A stretch of 64,000 nucleotides of DNA, from the IMG/VR virus record IMGVR_UViG_3300007735_000799, positions 1 through 64,000 of that record; one strand, 5' to 3'. The notes beneath the pieces were generated by a model that had not been told where the DNA came from, made no database searches, and worked only from the letters and a program-made list of their open reading frames with translations. The position numbers and the translations under genes were made by a program. Below, piece after piece: positions 19,368-28,950 of the stretch (within the stretch, counting starts at the first letter, position 1; every line of letters begins with the position of its first letter). This stretch comes from a virus.

Positions 19368-20233
19368 ACCATTCTCGCGGTCTCTAGAATCCTCATCATT
19401 GCTTTGAATTGTAGAGCATAAGGTCTCATACAATGTATATCAATATATCCACCATTAGAAAGTTTATCTTTATCGTAAATGTAATCTACACCATTCCATC
19501 CACGACAATCATTAGAGCAGCGAACACTATCTCTATCAATATATCTTTGCTTGGAATCTAAAAGATAATCACGACCATGAAATACTATTTGAGATGCTTT
19601 TGCCGCTTTCCATATTTGCTGACTTGTATATGTTTCCTCTGCACACCAATAGTAATCGTGTATATCACCCATACCTTGAATATTTTCATTTAAGACTTTT
19701 ACTCTTATGCCATAAAGATTTGATTCTGCAATGTATCTAACGGTTTCTCGGAATGATCCCTTAAGAAACAAATTTAAGAATGTACTTCCTTTAGAAACAT
19801 GATAATAGCCAGGCAAATCCCCACCCTTTGTCAGATTGTCCGCTTTACTTCCTGTTTCTAGAAAATCATCGTATGCTCTAAGATGTAAATAATCAGAATC
19901 AGGAATATTCTCTATCTCTTTTGTAAAATATTCTGTTTGAAGTGGTAGTGTATCCACATCTCCTATGAGATAGGTCTTTGAGGAATCCAATTCCTTAACC
20001 AAATCACACGCTAAAAATTTAGCGCAAGTAATCTGAAGAACTGGTGGTAAATCGGAAAAGGGTTGAATTTCATAAACCTTACCGTATGTCTCATCAATAG
20101 ATGAACTTTTCTTATCTCCAAAGAAAAGGCATATCGGTTCAATACCAAATCTAGTCTTCCAAATTTTGGCTTGTATATTCCAAAACGGAACAAATGGAGC
20201 AGAGCAACTAAACAATATAGAATCTATTTTCAT
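19364..20233 (-). CDS. Putative GT-A glycosyltransferase (paralogue 1)
   Basis: GDVDTLPL DxD motif; clearly similar to the next ORF. Confidence 0.55.
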   Translation of the reverse strand: MKIDSILFSCSAPFVPFWNIQAKIWKTRFGIEPICLFFGDKKSSSIDETYGKVYEIQPFSDLPPVLQITCAKFLACDLVKELDSSKTYLIGDVDTLPLQTEYFTKEIENIPDSDYLHLRAYDDFLETGSKADNLTKGGDLPGYYHVSKGSTFLNLFLKGSFRETVRYIAESNLYGIRVKVLNENIQGMGDIHDYYWCAEETYTSQQIWKAAKASQIVFHGRDYLLDSKQRYIDRDSVRCSNDCRGWNGVDYIYDKDKLSNGGYIDIHCMRPYALQFKAMMRILETARMV

Positions 20234-21138
20234 ATCATACCTGCAATCTGCAAAATGTTCATCATAGCCTTTTCCTGCTCATGGTATGGTCTGTGACAAT
20301 GTAAGTCCATGTAACCTTTATTCTTTAAACGGGTTTCGTCATAAAGATAATTAGATCCTGTCCATTGAGGAATCCATTTGCCGTTTGAATCTGTGAGTCT
20401 ACCGACTCTATCAATCTTCTGATTCCAAATATGATATTCTTTGCCGTAAAATTCTTTAATAATGCCTTTCTTCAAGCCATACCAAATGTTTTCCGATGTA
20501 TAACTTTCCTCGGCAACCCAAAACCCTCCGTGAATTTCTTTGTTTAGAGTCTTTTGAGATTCTTCTGTATAGAAACCATATCTCTTTGATTCCATAACAT
20601 ATCGCAAAACATCTTCAAACGATTTCTTATTGAAGAATAGAGATTCAAAATATTTACCTTTAGCCACATGATAGTGACCAGGAAGATCATATCCACCGTT
20701 AACAGCACCGCCCAATTTCAAGAATGCGTCAGAAGCCATGCCAGGAAATCCATCAGGTCTCATTCCTGCACGCATCTGAGCGGTTAGTGTATAGTTTAGA
20801 TGCACATAAGCATCATCGGGGATATTTGGAAGATCACTCAAGAAGTATTCTGTCTGTAGTGGAATCTGATCCATATCTCCAATAATCCAAGTTTTATCAG
20901 GTTCAGTTATAGGATGGTAGAACTTGCCGAATTGTAATTGAATGATATCAGGCAGATCAGGATCAAACTTCTTTTCAACAATCTCCCCATATTCTTCAGA
21001 CATATTGCACTTACTTTTGTCGCCGTACAACAAACAAACAGGGTCTACACCAAACTTGGTCTTCCAAATCTTTGACTGTATGTTCCACCAAGGGCTAAAT
21101 GGTTCCGAGCAACTAAAAACAATCTTATCAATTTTCAT
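20230..21138 (-). CDS. Putative GT-A glycosyltransferase (paralogue 2)
   Basis: GDMDQIPL; shares MKID..FSCS, GGDLPGYYHV and DLHCHRPY-type motifs with the previous ORF. Confidence 0.55.
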   Translation of the reverse strand: MKIDKIVFSCSEPFSPWWNIQSKIWKTKFGVDPVCLLYGDKSKCNMSEEYGEIVEKKFDPDLPDIIQLQFGKFYHPITEPDKTWIIGDMDQIPLQTEYFLSDLPNIPDDAYVHLNYTLTAQMRAGMRPDGFPGMASDAFLKLGGAVNGGYDLPGHYHVAKGKYFESLFFNKKSFEDVLRYVMESKRYGFYTEESQKTLNKEIHGGFWVAEESYTSENIWYGLKKGIIKEFYGKEYHIWNQKIDRVGRLTDSNGKWIPQWTGSNYLYDETRLKNKGYMDLHCHRPYHEQEKAMMNILQIAGMI

Positions 21139-21140
21139 GG

Positions 21141-22310
21141 TTAATCCTTGCTTGCAGTAAAGGTATTTACAATATCGGATACAAACTTTATTTGATCGTC
21201 TGTCATATCAGGGTTGTTTGGTACATACATCCCATAATCGTGTATCTCGTCAGCAAACGGATGCTTCTTGGAACCGTATCTCTCATAGAAGAATGGCTGT
21301 CGGGAAATACTACCTGCGATTAGTGGACGACACTCCACAGAATTTTCGGCTAGTTTCTTAACAATCTCGGCAACTCTTGGATGAATGATGGGATAAGCAA
21401 AGTTTGAAACATACTCAAACTGATCCAAGGAAATCTTCCAATGTGGATTCACAATATACTTGTCGTATAGTTTAAGATTGTTCCATCTCTTATCACAGAA
21501 TGTATCAAGTTTCTTAAGTTGCTGTATGCCGATATACGCTTGAAGATCGGTTGAACGAAGATTGAATCCTGGATAGTAGAAGGTATAGAAGTTACGGAAG
21601 TCATCAATACCATACTTCAGTTGAAGATTGATACGAGATACTTCATCCAAATCTCTAGACCATCCGTGAGAACGAATGCTCTTTAGAATATTATACAGTT
21701 CGTAGTCATCAGTTGAAATTAATCCGCCTTCTATGGTAGAGAAGTGATGACCGTAGTAGGTACTAAAGGATGCAGCAAGACTAAGAGTTCCTGTTTTCTT
21801 GCCATCCACAGTTGTTCCAACACTCTCACACGAATCCTCAAGAAGTATTACTCCATACTTATCGCAGATTTCTTGAATACGCTTCATGTCATTTGGGAAT
21901 CCTAAAGCGTGAACCACCATTAAAGCGGCAGGATTTTCTCTCTTGCAAATCTGCTCAAACTCTTCAACATCAATTCCCAAATTGGATCTGTCTGTTCCAC
22001 AAAGAATCGGCTCTAAACCCAACTGAATTGCAGGAGAAACAGTTGTTACCCAAGACAAACATGGGAATACAATCTTCTTGTTCTTTAGGCGATTGCTCAC
22101 AACCAAAGCATAGAATATTGCCAAGTTTGCAGATGATCCTGAGTTTACAAATACCGAATACTTGCAGCCCAACCAATTGCTCCACTCCTGTTCAAACTCA
22201 ACCGTTCTGGTGGCTTTAGTTAAACGAGGATTGGTGTTGAGCCATGAGATCAAAGATGATATGTCTTTTTGATCTATAGTATCTTGAACTAGATTTATTG
22301 GTTTTTTCAT
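21141..22310 (-). CDS. colD: PLP-dependent DegT-family enzyme, ColD-like GDP-4-keto-6-deoxymannose 3-dehydratase
   Basis: NSGSSANL, LEDSCES, SFSTYYGHHFSTIEGG (His at the usual Schiff-base Lys position), GFNLRSTD. Confidence 0.7.
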   Translation of the reverse strand: MKKPINLVQDTIDQKDISSLISWLNTNPRLTKATRTVEFEQEWSNWLGCKYSVFVNSGSSANLAIFYALVVSNRLKNKKIVFPCLSWVTTVSPAIQLGLEPILCGTDRSNLGIDVEEFEQICKRENPAALMVVHALGFPNDMKRIQEICDKYGVILLEDSCESVGTTVDGKKTGTLSLAASFSTYYGHHFSTIEGGLISTDDYELYNILKSIRSHGWSRDLDEVSRINLQLKYGIDDFRNFYTFYYPGFNLRSTDLQAYIGIQQLKKLDTFCDKRWNNLKLYDKYIVNPHWKISLDQFEYVSNFAYPIIHPRVAEIVKKLAENSVECRPLIAGSISRQPFFYERYGSKKHPFADEIHDYGMYVPNNPDMTDDQIKFVSDIVNTFTASKD

Positions 22311-23116
22311 TATGTTACCGCCGGGGTTGTCAGTTCTTTTAAGGTAAGATCAATTAAACGATCAACATCGTAGTTTTCGTACCTCACGGCAGAGTAGAAA
22401 ATGTTTTTACGATAAATTGATTCTCTGTTATTGTCTTCTGTAACCATATCATTGTAACTCAATCCTGAATACATGTAAAGTAATTCTATGAAATCTTTCA
22501 CATAAACTACTCTACCAGATCCAACAATTTCATCCACTCCTGCGGTGGCGTTTATGCTAGCGTCAACCACCATTTGAGGATGCAATAGTTCTCGGTAATA
22601 GTGAACATCTCCTATAGTGACAGGCTGCTTGGTTACGATAGATTTAAAAATCTTACCAAACAGGTATTGATCGCCTCGGTGGATGCTGTTGAAATTAAAC
22701 GGATACAGAACAGAAACTTTAGGATACTTTTTCTTGTCTCTGAGGATTTGTGTTATATGCCACTTGGAATCTGTATAGTTGTTCTTGTGGAAAGAAACTG
22801 GATCTGTAACATTTACAGGGCCTGAGGTGTTGTTCCACAGTTCTGCTGTAGAGTAATACACAATCTTGTCGGTTACTTCTTGTAGTCTTTCTATAATACC
22901 GAGAGTCTTATCTACATTCGTATTCCAAAACAGATTACGAGTGTTTTCGTCTAGAGCATTTGCCAAATAAGTTCTTTGCTCGGCAAAGCAAATGTATACT
23001 GCGTCCCACCTAGTTTTGGTTAGAGCATCTAAATCCAACTCTCTTGCTGAAACCTTGGCGTAGTTATCAGGAAAATAGCGAGACAGTTGGGATGTACTTC
23101 CTAATACCAAATTCAT
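22310..23116 (-). CDS. NAD-dependent epimerase/dehydratase-like protein (degenerate Rossmann motif)
   Basis: YTDSK catalytic YxxxK; PFNFNS; position in the sugar cluster. Confidence 0.6.
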   Translation of the reverse strand: MNLVLGSTSQLSRYFPDNYAKVSARELDLDALTKTRWDAVYICFAEQRTYLANALDENTRNLFWNTNVDKTLGIIERLQEVTDKIVYYSTAELWNNTSGPVNVTDPVSFHKNNYTDSKWHITQILRDKKKYPKVSVLYPFNFNSIHRGDQYLFGKIFKSIVTKQPVTIGDVHYYRELLHPQMVVDASINATAGVDEIVGSGRVVYVKDFIELLYMYSGLSYNDMVTEDNNRESIYRKNIFYSAVRYENYDVDRLIDLTLKELTTPAVT

Positions 23117-23119
23117 GGG

Positions 23120-24013
23120 TTATCCGTTAACTGCAAGACCGTGAACTCTTTGCTCTAAAGCCTTAACCATTCCGCCCTTAAATGGTTCAGGTTCACGAGC
23201 AACACAATCCATATCAACAAGTTCTATGTTCTTTACATCTCCACCATGCTGATAGCAGAAGTCTCGTAAGCACCAAACTTTCTCGGGATTCATAAACATC
23301 TTGATGCCCAACCAACGAATGCAATGATCTCCCCAACGCTTATAGAAGATGTTGCCTGTCTGTTCAATATGATTGAAATAGTTCTGATAGTTGTTGTCGC
23401 GGAAGAAGTCCATGTCTACAATTTCAAAATTAGTATTATAGACTTCCATGTTCCATTCAAAATTAGAATTCAGAACTTTAGACTTGTTTGCTTCAATAAA
23501 CTTCTTTGTGCTGTCCCACAGTCCTTCACACGCCCAAGGAGCATCATATTCTTCTCGCTCCATGAAAGCGTATTGGTATCCATTAACTCGCATAACCTCA
23601 AACGGATCACGGGTAATTTTGGACATGATAAACGAATCGGAATCCAATCGCATATACCACTTATACTTTGCCAAAGCAGGATGGTTGAAGATTTGACCAC
23701 CATAAAAACGACACATATGGCGATAGCCTATTCTGAACTGGGTAAGTGGAAGAGTATAGTGATCGGGATCTTCAGAGATGCCTTCGGGTAGAGTGAATTC
23801 TAACTTCTCAAACTTAATGTTTGGTAGAAAACCGAATGAAATGCTAAACTCTGTTAGTAGATTTGTAATATCTGCTTTACTCAAATCATCGTAGAAGACA
23901 ACTACAGGATAGTTTGCATCTTTGTTGAAATTAGAGTACAGATAGTTGATGCTGTGCTTAAAAAACCACAGATCATTCTTTCTAGTCATGTATACAATTG
24001 CAGCGTTTTCCAT
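23120..24013 (-). CDS. GT15 (KRE2/Mnt1-like) alpha-mannosyltransferase-like protein 1
   Basis: GYRHMCRFY, YKWYMRLDSD, YNTNFEI, FYKRWGD. Confidence 0.8.
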   Translation of the reverse strand: MENAAIVYMTRKNDLWFFKHSINYLYSNFNKDANYPVVVFYDDLSKADITNLLTEFSISFGFLPNIKFEKLEFTLPEGISEDPDHYTLPLTQFRIGYRHMCRFYGGQIFNHPALAKYKWYMRLDSDSFIMSKITRDPFEVMRVNGYQYAFMEREEYDAPWACEGLWDSTKKFIEANKSKVLNSNFEWNMEVYNTNFEIVDMDFFRDNNYQNYFNHIEQTGNIFYKRWGDHCIRWLGIKMFMNPEKVWCLRDFCYQHGGDVKNIELVDMDCVAREPEPFKGGMVKALEQRVHGLAVNG

Positions 24014-24028
24014 AATATAAATCCTTTT

Positions 24029-24988
24029 TTATTCTCCCCAATTGCAACCATCAAGACCAGTCTTGATGTATCGGTTCATAGCATAAACTAGTCTTCCTCT
24101 TCTTGATTGAGGAACATTATCATCGCCGTCAACCATTTGTAAAATGTGTATTGGAACTTCCTTGTTTGGTATGGCATTAAGATTCTTTATCCACATGTTG
24201 TGCTGATAGGTTATATCCTTTACTGCCCAAACCTTACTTGGATCCATCAACATTCTTACGCCCAACCAATGTATTGGTGCATCGCCCCAACGCTTATAAT
24301 AGAAATTGCCTGTTTTATCTAAATGCTGGAAATAAGCCATGTACTCCTTGCTTCTAAAGAAAGAGAACTTAGCAATCTCAAAATTTGTGTAGAACATATT
24401 GTGATTCCACTTACCATCAACCAAACGACTCTTAAAATAATCAGTCATTGGGATGTTATTCTCTTTCATAAACTTTTCTGTTTCCTCCCAAAGTCCTTCA
24501 ACAACTCTAGGAATATCTCCTTCTTCATCGCACATGTAGGCGTATTCGTATCCATTTGTTCGCATTCTTTCAAAAGGATCGTAATTGATTGGTGAGAACA
24601 AATATGAATCGGAATCCAATCTCCAATAGTAATCATACTTTGAAAGTCTAGGATCCATGTAGATTCCACCAGAGTGGAAACGACACATGTGGCGATATCC
24701 CATCCAAGCCTCAGTTAGAGGTACGGTGTACATAGATGGGTCTGATGAAATACCCTCAGGCATTTCAAATGTTAGAAGTTCAAATTTAATGTTTGGGAAA
24801 TAGCCCAACTGACGGTGGAGTGCTACCATCAGATTTGCAATAGAGGGCTTATCAATATCATCGTGAAATACAACGATTGGATATTCCTGTGCCTTCTTAA
24901 AATTCATGCACAATAGAGAAATACTTCTAAAGAGAAGAGGGATATCCCTCATACGAGACATGTAAATTATCGCTGCATTTTCTGCCAT
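24029..24988 (-). CDS. GT15 (KRE2/Mnt1-like) alpha-mannosyltransferase-like protein 2
   Basis: GYRHMCRFHS, YDYYWRLDSD, FYTNFEIAKFSFFRS, FYYKRWGDAP. Confidence 0.85.
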   Translation of the reverse strand: MAENAAIIYMSRMRDIPLLFRSISLLCMNFKKAQEYPIVVFHDDIDKPSIANLMVALHRQLGYFPNIKFELLTFEMPEGISSDPSMYTVPLTEAWMGYRHMCRFHSGGIYMDPRLSKYDYYWRLDSDSYLFSPINYDPFERMRTNGYEYAYMCDEEGDIPRVVEGLWEETEKFMKENNIPMTDYFKSRLVDGKWNHNMFYTNFEIAKFSFFRSKEYMAYFQHLDKTGNFYYKRWGDAPIHWLGVRMLMDPSKVWAVKDITYQHNMWIKNLNAIPNKEVPIHILQMVDGDDNVPQSRRGRLVYAMNRYIKTGLDGCNWGE

Positions 24989-24989
24989 C

Positions 24990-25775
24990 TTAATTCCTCA
25001 TCATAAAAAGTTTTTGATATGTCAACTGTATACCCGCTTCAATACCAAAAGTATCTATCTCTGACAAATTACTTTCGCCGCAATAAAACTCTAGATTTGA
25101 AGTGTTTTGTACTGTAATAGGAACAGTATACTCACCTAAAGAATTTATTATATTTGCTATATTTTTTAAAGTGTATTTGTTTTCATACGAGCAATTAACT
25201 TCTTTGTTTGGATTGGGGGATGTAATGTAGTGCTTTACAAGAGCGACCAAATCTTTCATGTAAAAGAAGTCCATTATTCTATTTGTATGAATTACAATAG
25301 GTTCCTTATTCATATACCGAGTAATGTTTGCTTTTATAAATCTAGTGTCAATTTCGTTTTCATCAAACACCCCAAAAATTCTTATATTGTAAAAGTTGTC
25401 TGTATTTCTTATAGACTCTGCAATTTCTCTTTTACTTTGACTATAGAAAGTTTGATGAAAGAATTCAGCACCAGAACCAAAATGTATAAGCCTGCCAAAC
25501 TTATCTTTGTTTGACAGTAAGTTTTCATACATTTTTAAATTTTGATCTCGTACAGAAGGATCCTCTGTCTTGAGTCTACTGCCTCCTGCTGCCGCACAAT
25601 GTATTACTGAGTCAAAGACTTTTCCTTTAAACCAAGTATTCAAAGAATCCGTATCACACAAATCAAAATCTGTTCTAGAGATTGTGGTTACAATAAAATT
25701 GTCATCCAAGTCCCGTTTCAGACTTTTTGCAATATATCCATTACTTCCTGTAATCAGAATACTTGGGGTTTTCAT
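24990..25775 (-). CDS. NAD-dependent epimerase/dehydratase
   Basis: ITGSNGYIA, HCAAAGG, YSQSK. Confidence 0.85.
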   Translation of the reverse strand: MKTPSILITGSNGYIAKSLKRDLDDNFIVTTISRTDFDLCDTDSLNTWFKGKVFDSVIHCAAAGGSRLKTEDPSVRDQNLKMYENLLSNKDKFGRLIHFGSGAEFFHQTFYSQSKREIAESIRNTDNFYNIRIFGVFDENEIDTRFIKANITRYMNKEPIVIHTNRIMDFFYMKDLVALVKHYITSPNPNKEVNCSYENKYTLKNIANIINSLGEYTVPITVQNTSNLEFYCGESNLSEIDTFGIEAGIQLTYQKLFMMRN

Positions 25776-26248
25776 TTTCTCAGATTTAAATAAGTTGGAC
25801 TAGGATTCGCAATCATATCGTCAAGCATCTTTTTCATTGATTCTTCGTTTGTTGGGTGAAGAACTGATAAGTTTTCTAGTGTAGTCATTATTTTCTTATC
25901 ATCATCTGCCCAATGCGAAAACCCCAAATATCCATAATCCCGATCTCTACCACCACCAATAATATTCACAGGAATATTTTCGTGACTCAAATAATTACGA
26001 ATCATCTCAAATGGTCTGTAAATAGCAAAAGGAGTTATGGAGTAAACAAAAGGAATTTTGCCTTCCATAGCCAATCCTATAGCCATTCCCATCATAGCCA
26101 TCTCAGAAGATCCAACATTATAAAAGCGATCAGGATACTCATCTCTAATCGTATCCCATAGCCCATAACCCAAATCACCAGTTATGAGGTAAATATCTTT
26201 ATTGTGCTTCATGTGTGCGTGAAGCAAAGCGGCAAATTGCTTTCTCAT
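25772..26248 (-). CDS. Transketolase-like, pyrimidine-binding subunit (short)
   Basis: LITGDLGY, RFYNVGSSEMAMMG.A.GLA, GFSHWA. Confidence 0.85.
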   Translation of the reverse strand: MRKQFAALLHAHMKHNKDIYLITGDLGYGLWDTIRDEYPDRFYNVGSSEMAMMGMAIGLAMEGKIPFVYSITPFAIYRPFEMIRNYLSHENIPVNIIGGGRDRDYGYLGFSHWADDDKKIMTTLENLSVLHPTNEESMKKMLDDMIANPSPTYLNLRK

Positions 26249-26865
26249 CCTAAAATCTCCATAGCCTGCTTGTAATCATAATCTCTCATAACATGATAGT
26301 GGGCATTCAAGCCTTTCAAAAATGGAAACTGTTCCACGGTGGTGTAGTGTATTTTTACATCAGGCAAAAATGCCTTCAGTCTGTTCACCAAATACTCCTT
26401 ATCCACTTCCATGTAAGCAGCATACCCATTCACATTAACATGAACTTCTATGTTCTTTATGTTTTGCTCGTGTATTGTTTTCAACGCTTCCCAAACACTA
26501 CCTTCTGCACATTCTCCATCACTAACAAGAACATAAACTTTTCTATTAGGATTTGCAACTGCTCTACCGAGAGCAACAGTAATTCCTAAACCTAAACTAC
26601 CTGTAGAGCAATAAATCTTATTCTCTTCATCTCTGTGTGGATGCCCGCCATGCTTTAAGAACATCTCTTCAGCATTAATGCCATGATACTTTTCCAAACA
26701 AGCATACAAAGCAAGAGCAGCATGTCCAGATGAAAGAATGAATATGTCGTCTTTACCCATCTGAGAATAAATTTCATCTATCACATCAACAGATGAAAAG
26801 TAACTACCCAAGTGTCCTAGTTTATTCTTATAGGCTATATCTAATATAATTTTTTTAAGATTCAT
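26245..26865 (-). CDS. Transketolase-like, TPP-binding subunit
   Basis: GHLGS, FILSSGH, STGSLGLG, SDGECAEGSVWEA. Confidence 0.9.
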   Translation of the reverse strand: MNLKKIILDIAYKNKLGHLGSYFSSVDVIDEIYSQMGKDDIFILSSGHAALALYACLEKYHGINAEEMFLKHGGHPHRDEENKIYCSTGSLGLGITVALGRAVANPNRKVYVLVSDGECAEGSVWEALKTIHEQNIKNIEVHVNVNGYAAYMEVDKEYLVNRLKAFLPDVKIHYTTVEQFPFLKGLNAHYHVMRDYDYKQAMEILG

Positions 26866-26874
26866 AATTTATCC

Positions 26875-27924
26875 TCAAGGAACAACATACAGAACTGTAT
26901 CGGCAATAGTTCTAGAATGATGTCGCAAGTAATACTTTGAAGTATTCTTTGTGTAAATTTTACTGATCCACAATGGTATCTTCCATATATCACTGGCTAA
27001 ATGATATACAGATATGGCTAACCTTGGACGATATTTCCTTAGTAATTCCTCTGCACCCTTTAGAGCATCAAACTCATATCCTTCAATATCCATCTTTATA
27101 AGGTTGGCTGAAAAATTCGGTATGCAATCATCTATCTTAACGCATTGTATCAAGGAGTTTCCGTTAGGATCTGCAAAAGAACCCATATCTCCTTGATTTT
27201 GGAATCTTATTGTTTCACTTCTTTCTCCTACTCCGCAGGGCCAAGAAATGATACCATCTCTACTTCTACCAACTTCAGATAGTTTTTTGTAGTTTACCAT
27301 ATCAGGTTCAAAAGCATGAACTTCTTCTATATTATACCCTAAAGACACGGCTTGTAAAATGGTATCACCTGTAAATGCTCCACAATCAATCATACGCACA
27401 GGTTCTTCTACAGGAGGTATATTTGTTGGGAAGTATGGGATTGGATTTATAGAAGGAAAAGTATCTTTTCCTGTTTTAACAAATTCTATAAATGCATTAA
27501 AAACCTGTACACTTTCTGAATCTGAAAACAGATCACGAACCATCTGAAATTCTGCATCATAATTTTCCCACTCTTTTGCAGATATGGGTGCTGGACATCT
27601 TTTAGTGTTATTATAGTATTCTTCACACCAATCACCAAAACTGATAACTTTCCCCCATCCATCATTAAGCAATCTTTGTGTTATGGCTGCGGTATCAAAC
27701 ACGGGATTTAAAATAGCCATAACGACAACACTATCTTGTTTAACTTCTTTGGTTATATTTTCTGATTTTGGTGATAGTATAGGGATACCGCTCAATCCCT
27801 TTGTGCCGGAACAATTATCATCAAGTATTCCAGTTATAGAAGCACCTTCTCGTAGTATACCACCAATAAGCCAAGATGCTGCACCACCGCCTCCAAACAA
27901 CCAAGTGTGTGTATATGAATTCAT
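26875..27924 (-). CDS. FkbM-family methyltransferase
   Basis: IDCGAFTGD, AFEPD, IKMDIEGYE, AISVYH. Confidence 0.9.
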   Translation of the reverse strand: MNSYTHTWLFGGGGAASWLIGGILREGASITGILDDNCSGTKGLSGIPILSPKSENITKEVKQDSVVVMAILNPVFDTAAITQRLLNDGWGKVISFGDWCEEYYNNTKRCPAPISAKEWENYDAEFQMVRDLFSDSESVQVFNAFIEFVKTGKDTFPSINPIPYFPTNIPPVEEPVRMIDCGAFTGDTILQAVSLGYNIEEVHAFEPDMVNYKKLSEVGRSRDGIISWPCGVGERSETIRFQNQGDMGSFADPNGNSLIQCVKIDDCIPNFSANLIKMDIEGYEFDALKGAEELLRKYRPRLAISVYHLASDIWKIPLWISKIYTKNTSKYYLRHHSRTIADTVLYVVP

Positions 27925-27930
27925 GTTTTT

Positions 27931-28881
27931 TTACCAAATAAAATTATCTTTATAGTACTTCACTATATTTGTAAGTTCTTCATCAAAGTTTTTGATGGGT
28001 TCCCAACCCAAACTACGAAGTTTTGAATCATCTAAAGCATATCTCACATCTTGTCCGGGTCTGCTATAAGAGAAGTCTATGTAATTAGAAATTTCCTTTT
28101 CACCAACACCACTAACCTTTAAGATTTTATTGATGGTTTCCAAATTTGATTGCTCAAACCCACCACAAATATTGTATATCTCATTGGTTGTTTCAGACTC
28201 AATAATTGTAATTATTGCTCGTGCGGTATCTTCGGCGTGTAACCAATTTCTTACTGGAGTGCCGTTATTGTGTAGGGGTATCTTTCTACCCAAGTGCAAA
28301 TACTTACAAGTTTTTGGTATCAGTTTCTCAACATATTGACCAATACCATAGTTGTTAGTGGGTCTAACAATGACATATGGAATTTTATAAGTTCTAGCCC
28401 AAGCAAGAACTAACATGTCAGCCGCAGCCTTGGTTGCAGAATATGGATTAGATGGCTTCAGTATATCGTGCTCGGTATGTGCGCCTTCTGTAATGTCCCC
28501 ATAAACCTCATCCGTGCTAAAGTGTATTAGTGTTGGTATCGTAATATTTTCTTGTCTGTAATTCTTTATCAATTCCAAGATGTTGTGAACACCATTTACA
28601 TTAGATTTAACAAAATCATCGCTGTTTGCTATGGAATTTCCCACATGAGTTTCGGCAGCAGTGTTAATAATGTAATCACAATCGTATAAAAACTTCAAAT
28701 CATTGATGTCGGATTCAACAAAAGAAAAGTTCTTATGCTTGTTAAATTCATCCAACAAGTTGCTGTTGGCAGCGTATGTTTTCTTGTCTATTCCTTTAAC
28801 ATGCCATCCCTTTTCTAGGCATAAACGAGTAACATAGGAACCAATAAATCCTAAACATCCTGTAACATAAACTACTTTCAT
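27931..28881 (-). CDS. rfbB: dTDP-glucose 4,6-dehydratase-like
   Basis: VTGCLGFIG, AAETHV, STDEVYG, NPYSATKA, RPGQDVRY. Confidence 0.9.
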   Translation of the reverse strand: MKVVYVTGCLGFIGSYVTRLCLEKGWHVKGIDKKTYAANSNLLDEFNKHKNFSFVESDINDLKFLYDCDYIINTAAETHVGNSIANSDDFVKSNVNGVHNILELIKNYRQENITIPTLIHFSTDEVYGDITEGAHTEHDILKPSNPYSATKAAADMLVLAWARTYKIPYVIVRPTNNYGIGQYVEKLIPKTCKYLHLGRKIPLHNNGTPVRNWLHAEDTARAIITIIESETTNEIYNICGGFEQSNLETINKILKVSGVGEKEISNYIDFSYSRPGQDVRYALDDSKLRSLGWEPIKNFDEELTNIVKYYKDNFIW

Positions 28882-28950
28882 TTAACTCCCCAAATCTACT
28901 GTTTCTAACAGTTTTATTTTATCTTGAAACATTTGATAATTCCCTGCTCA

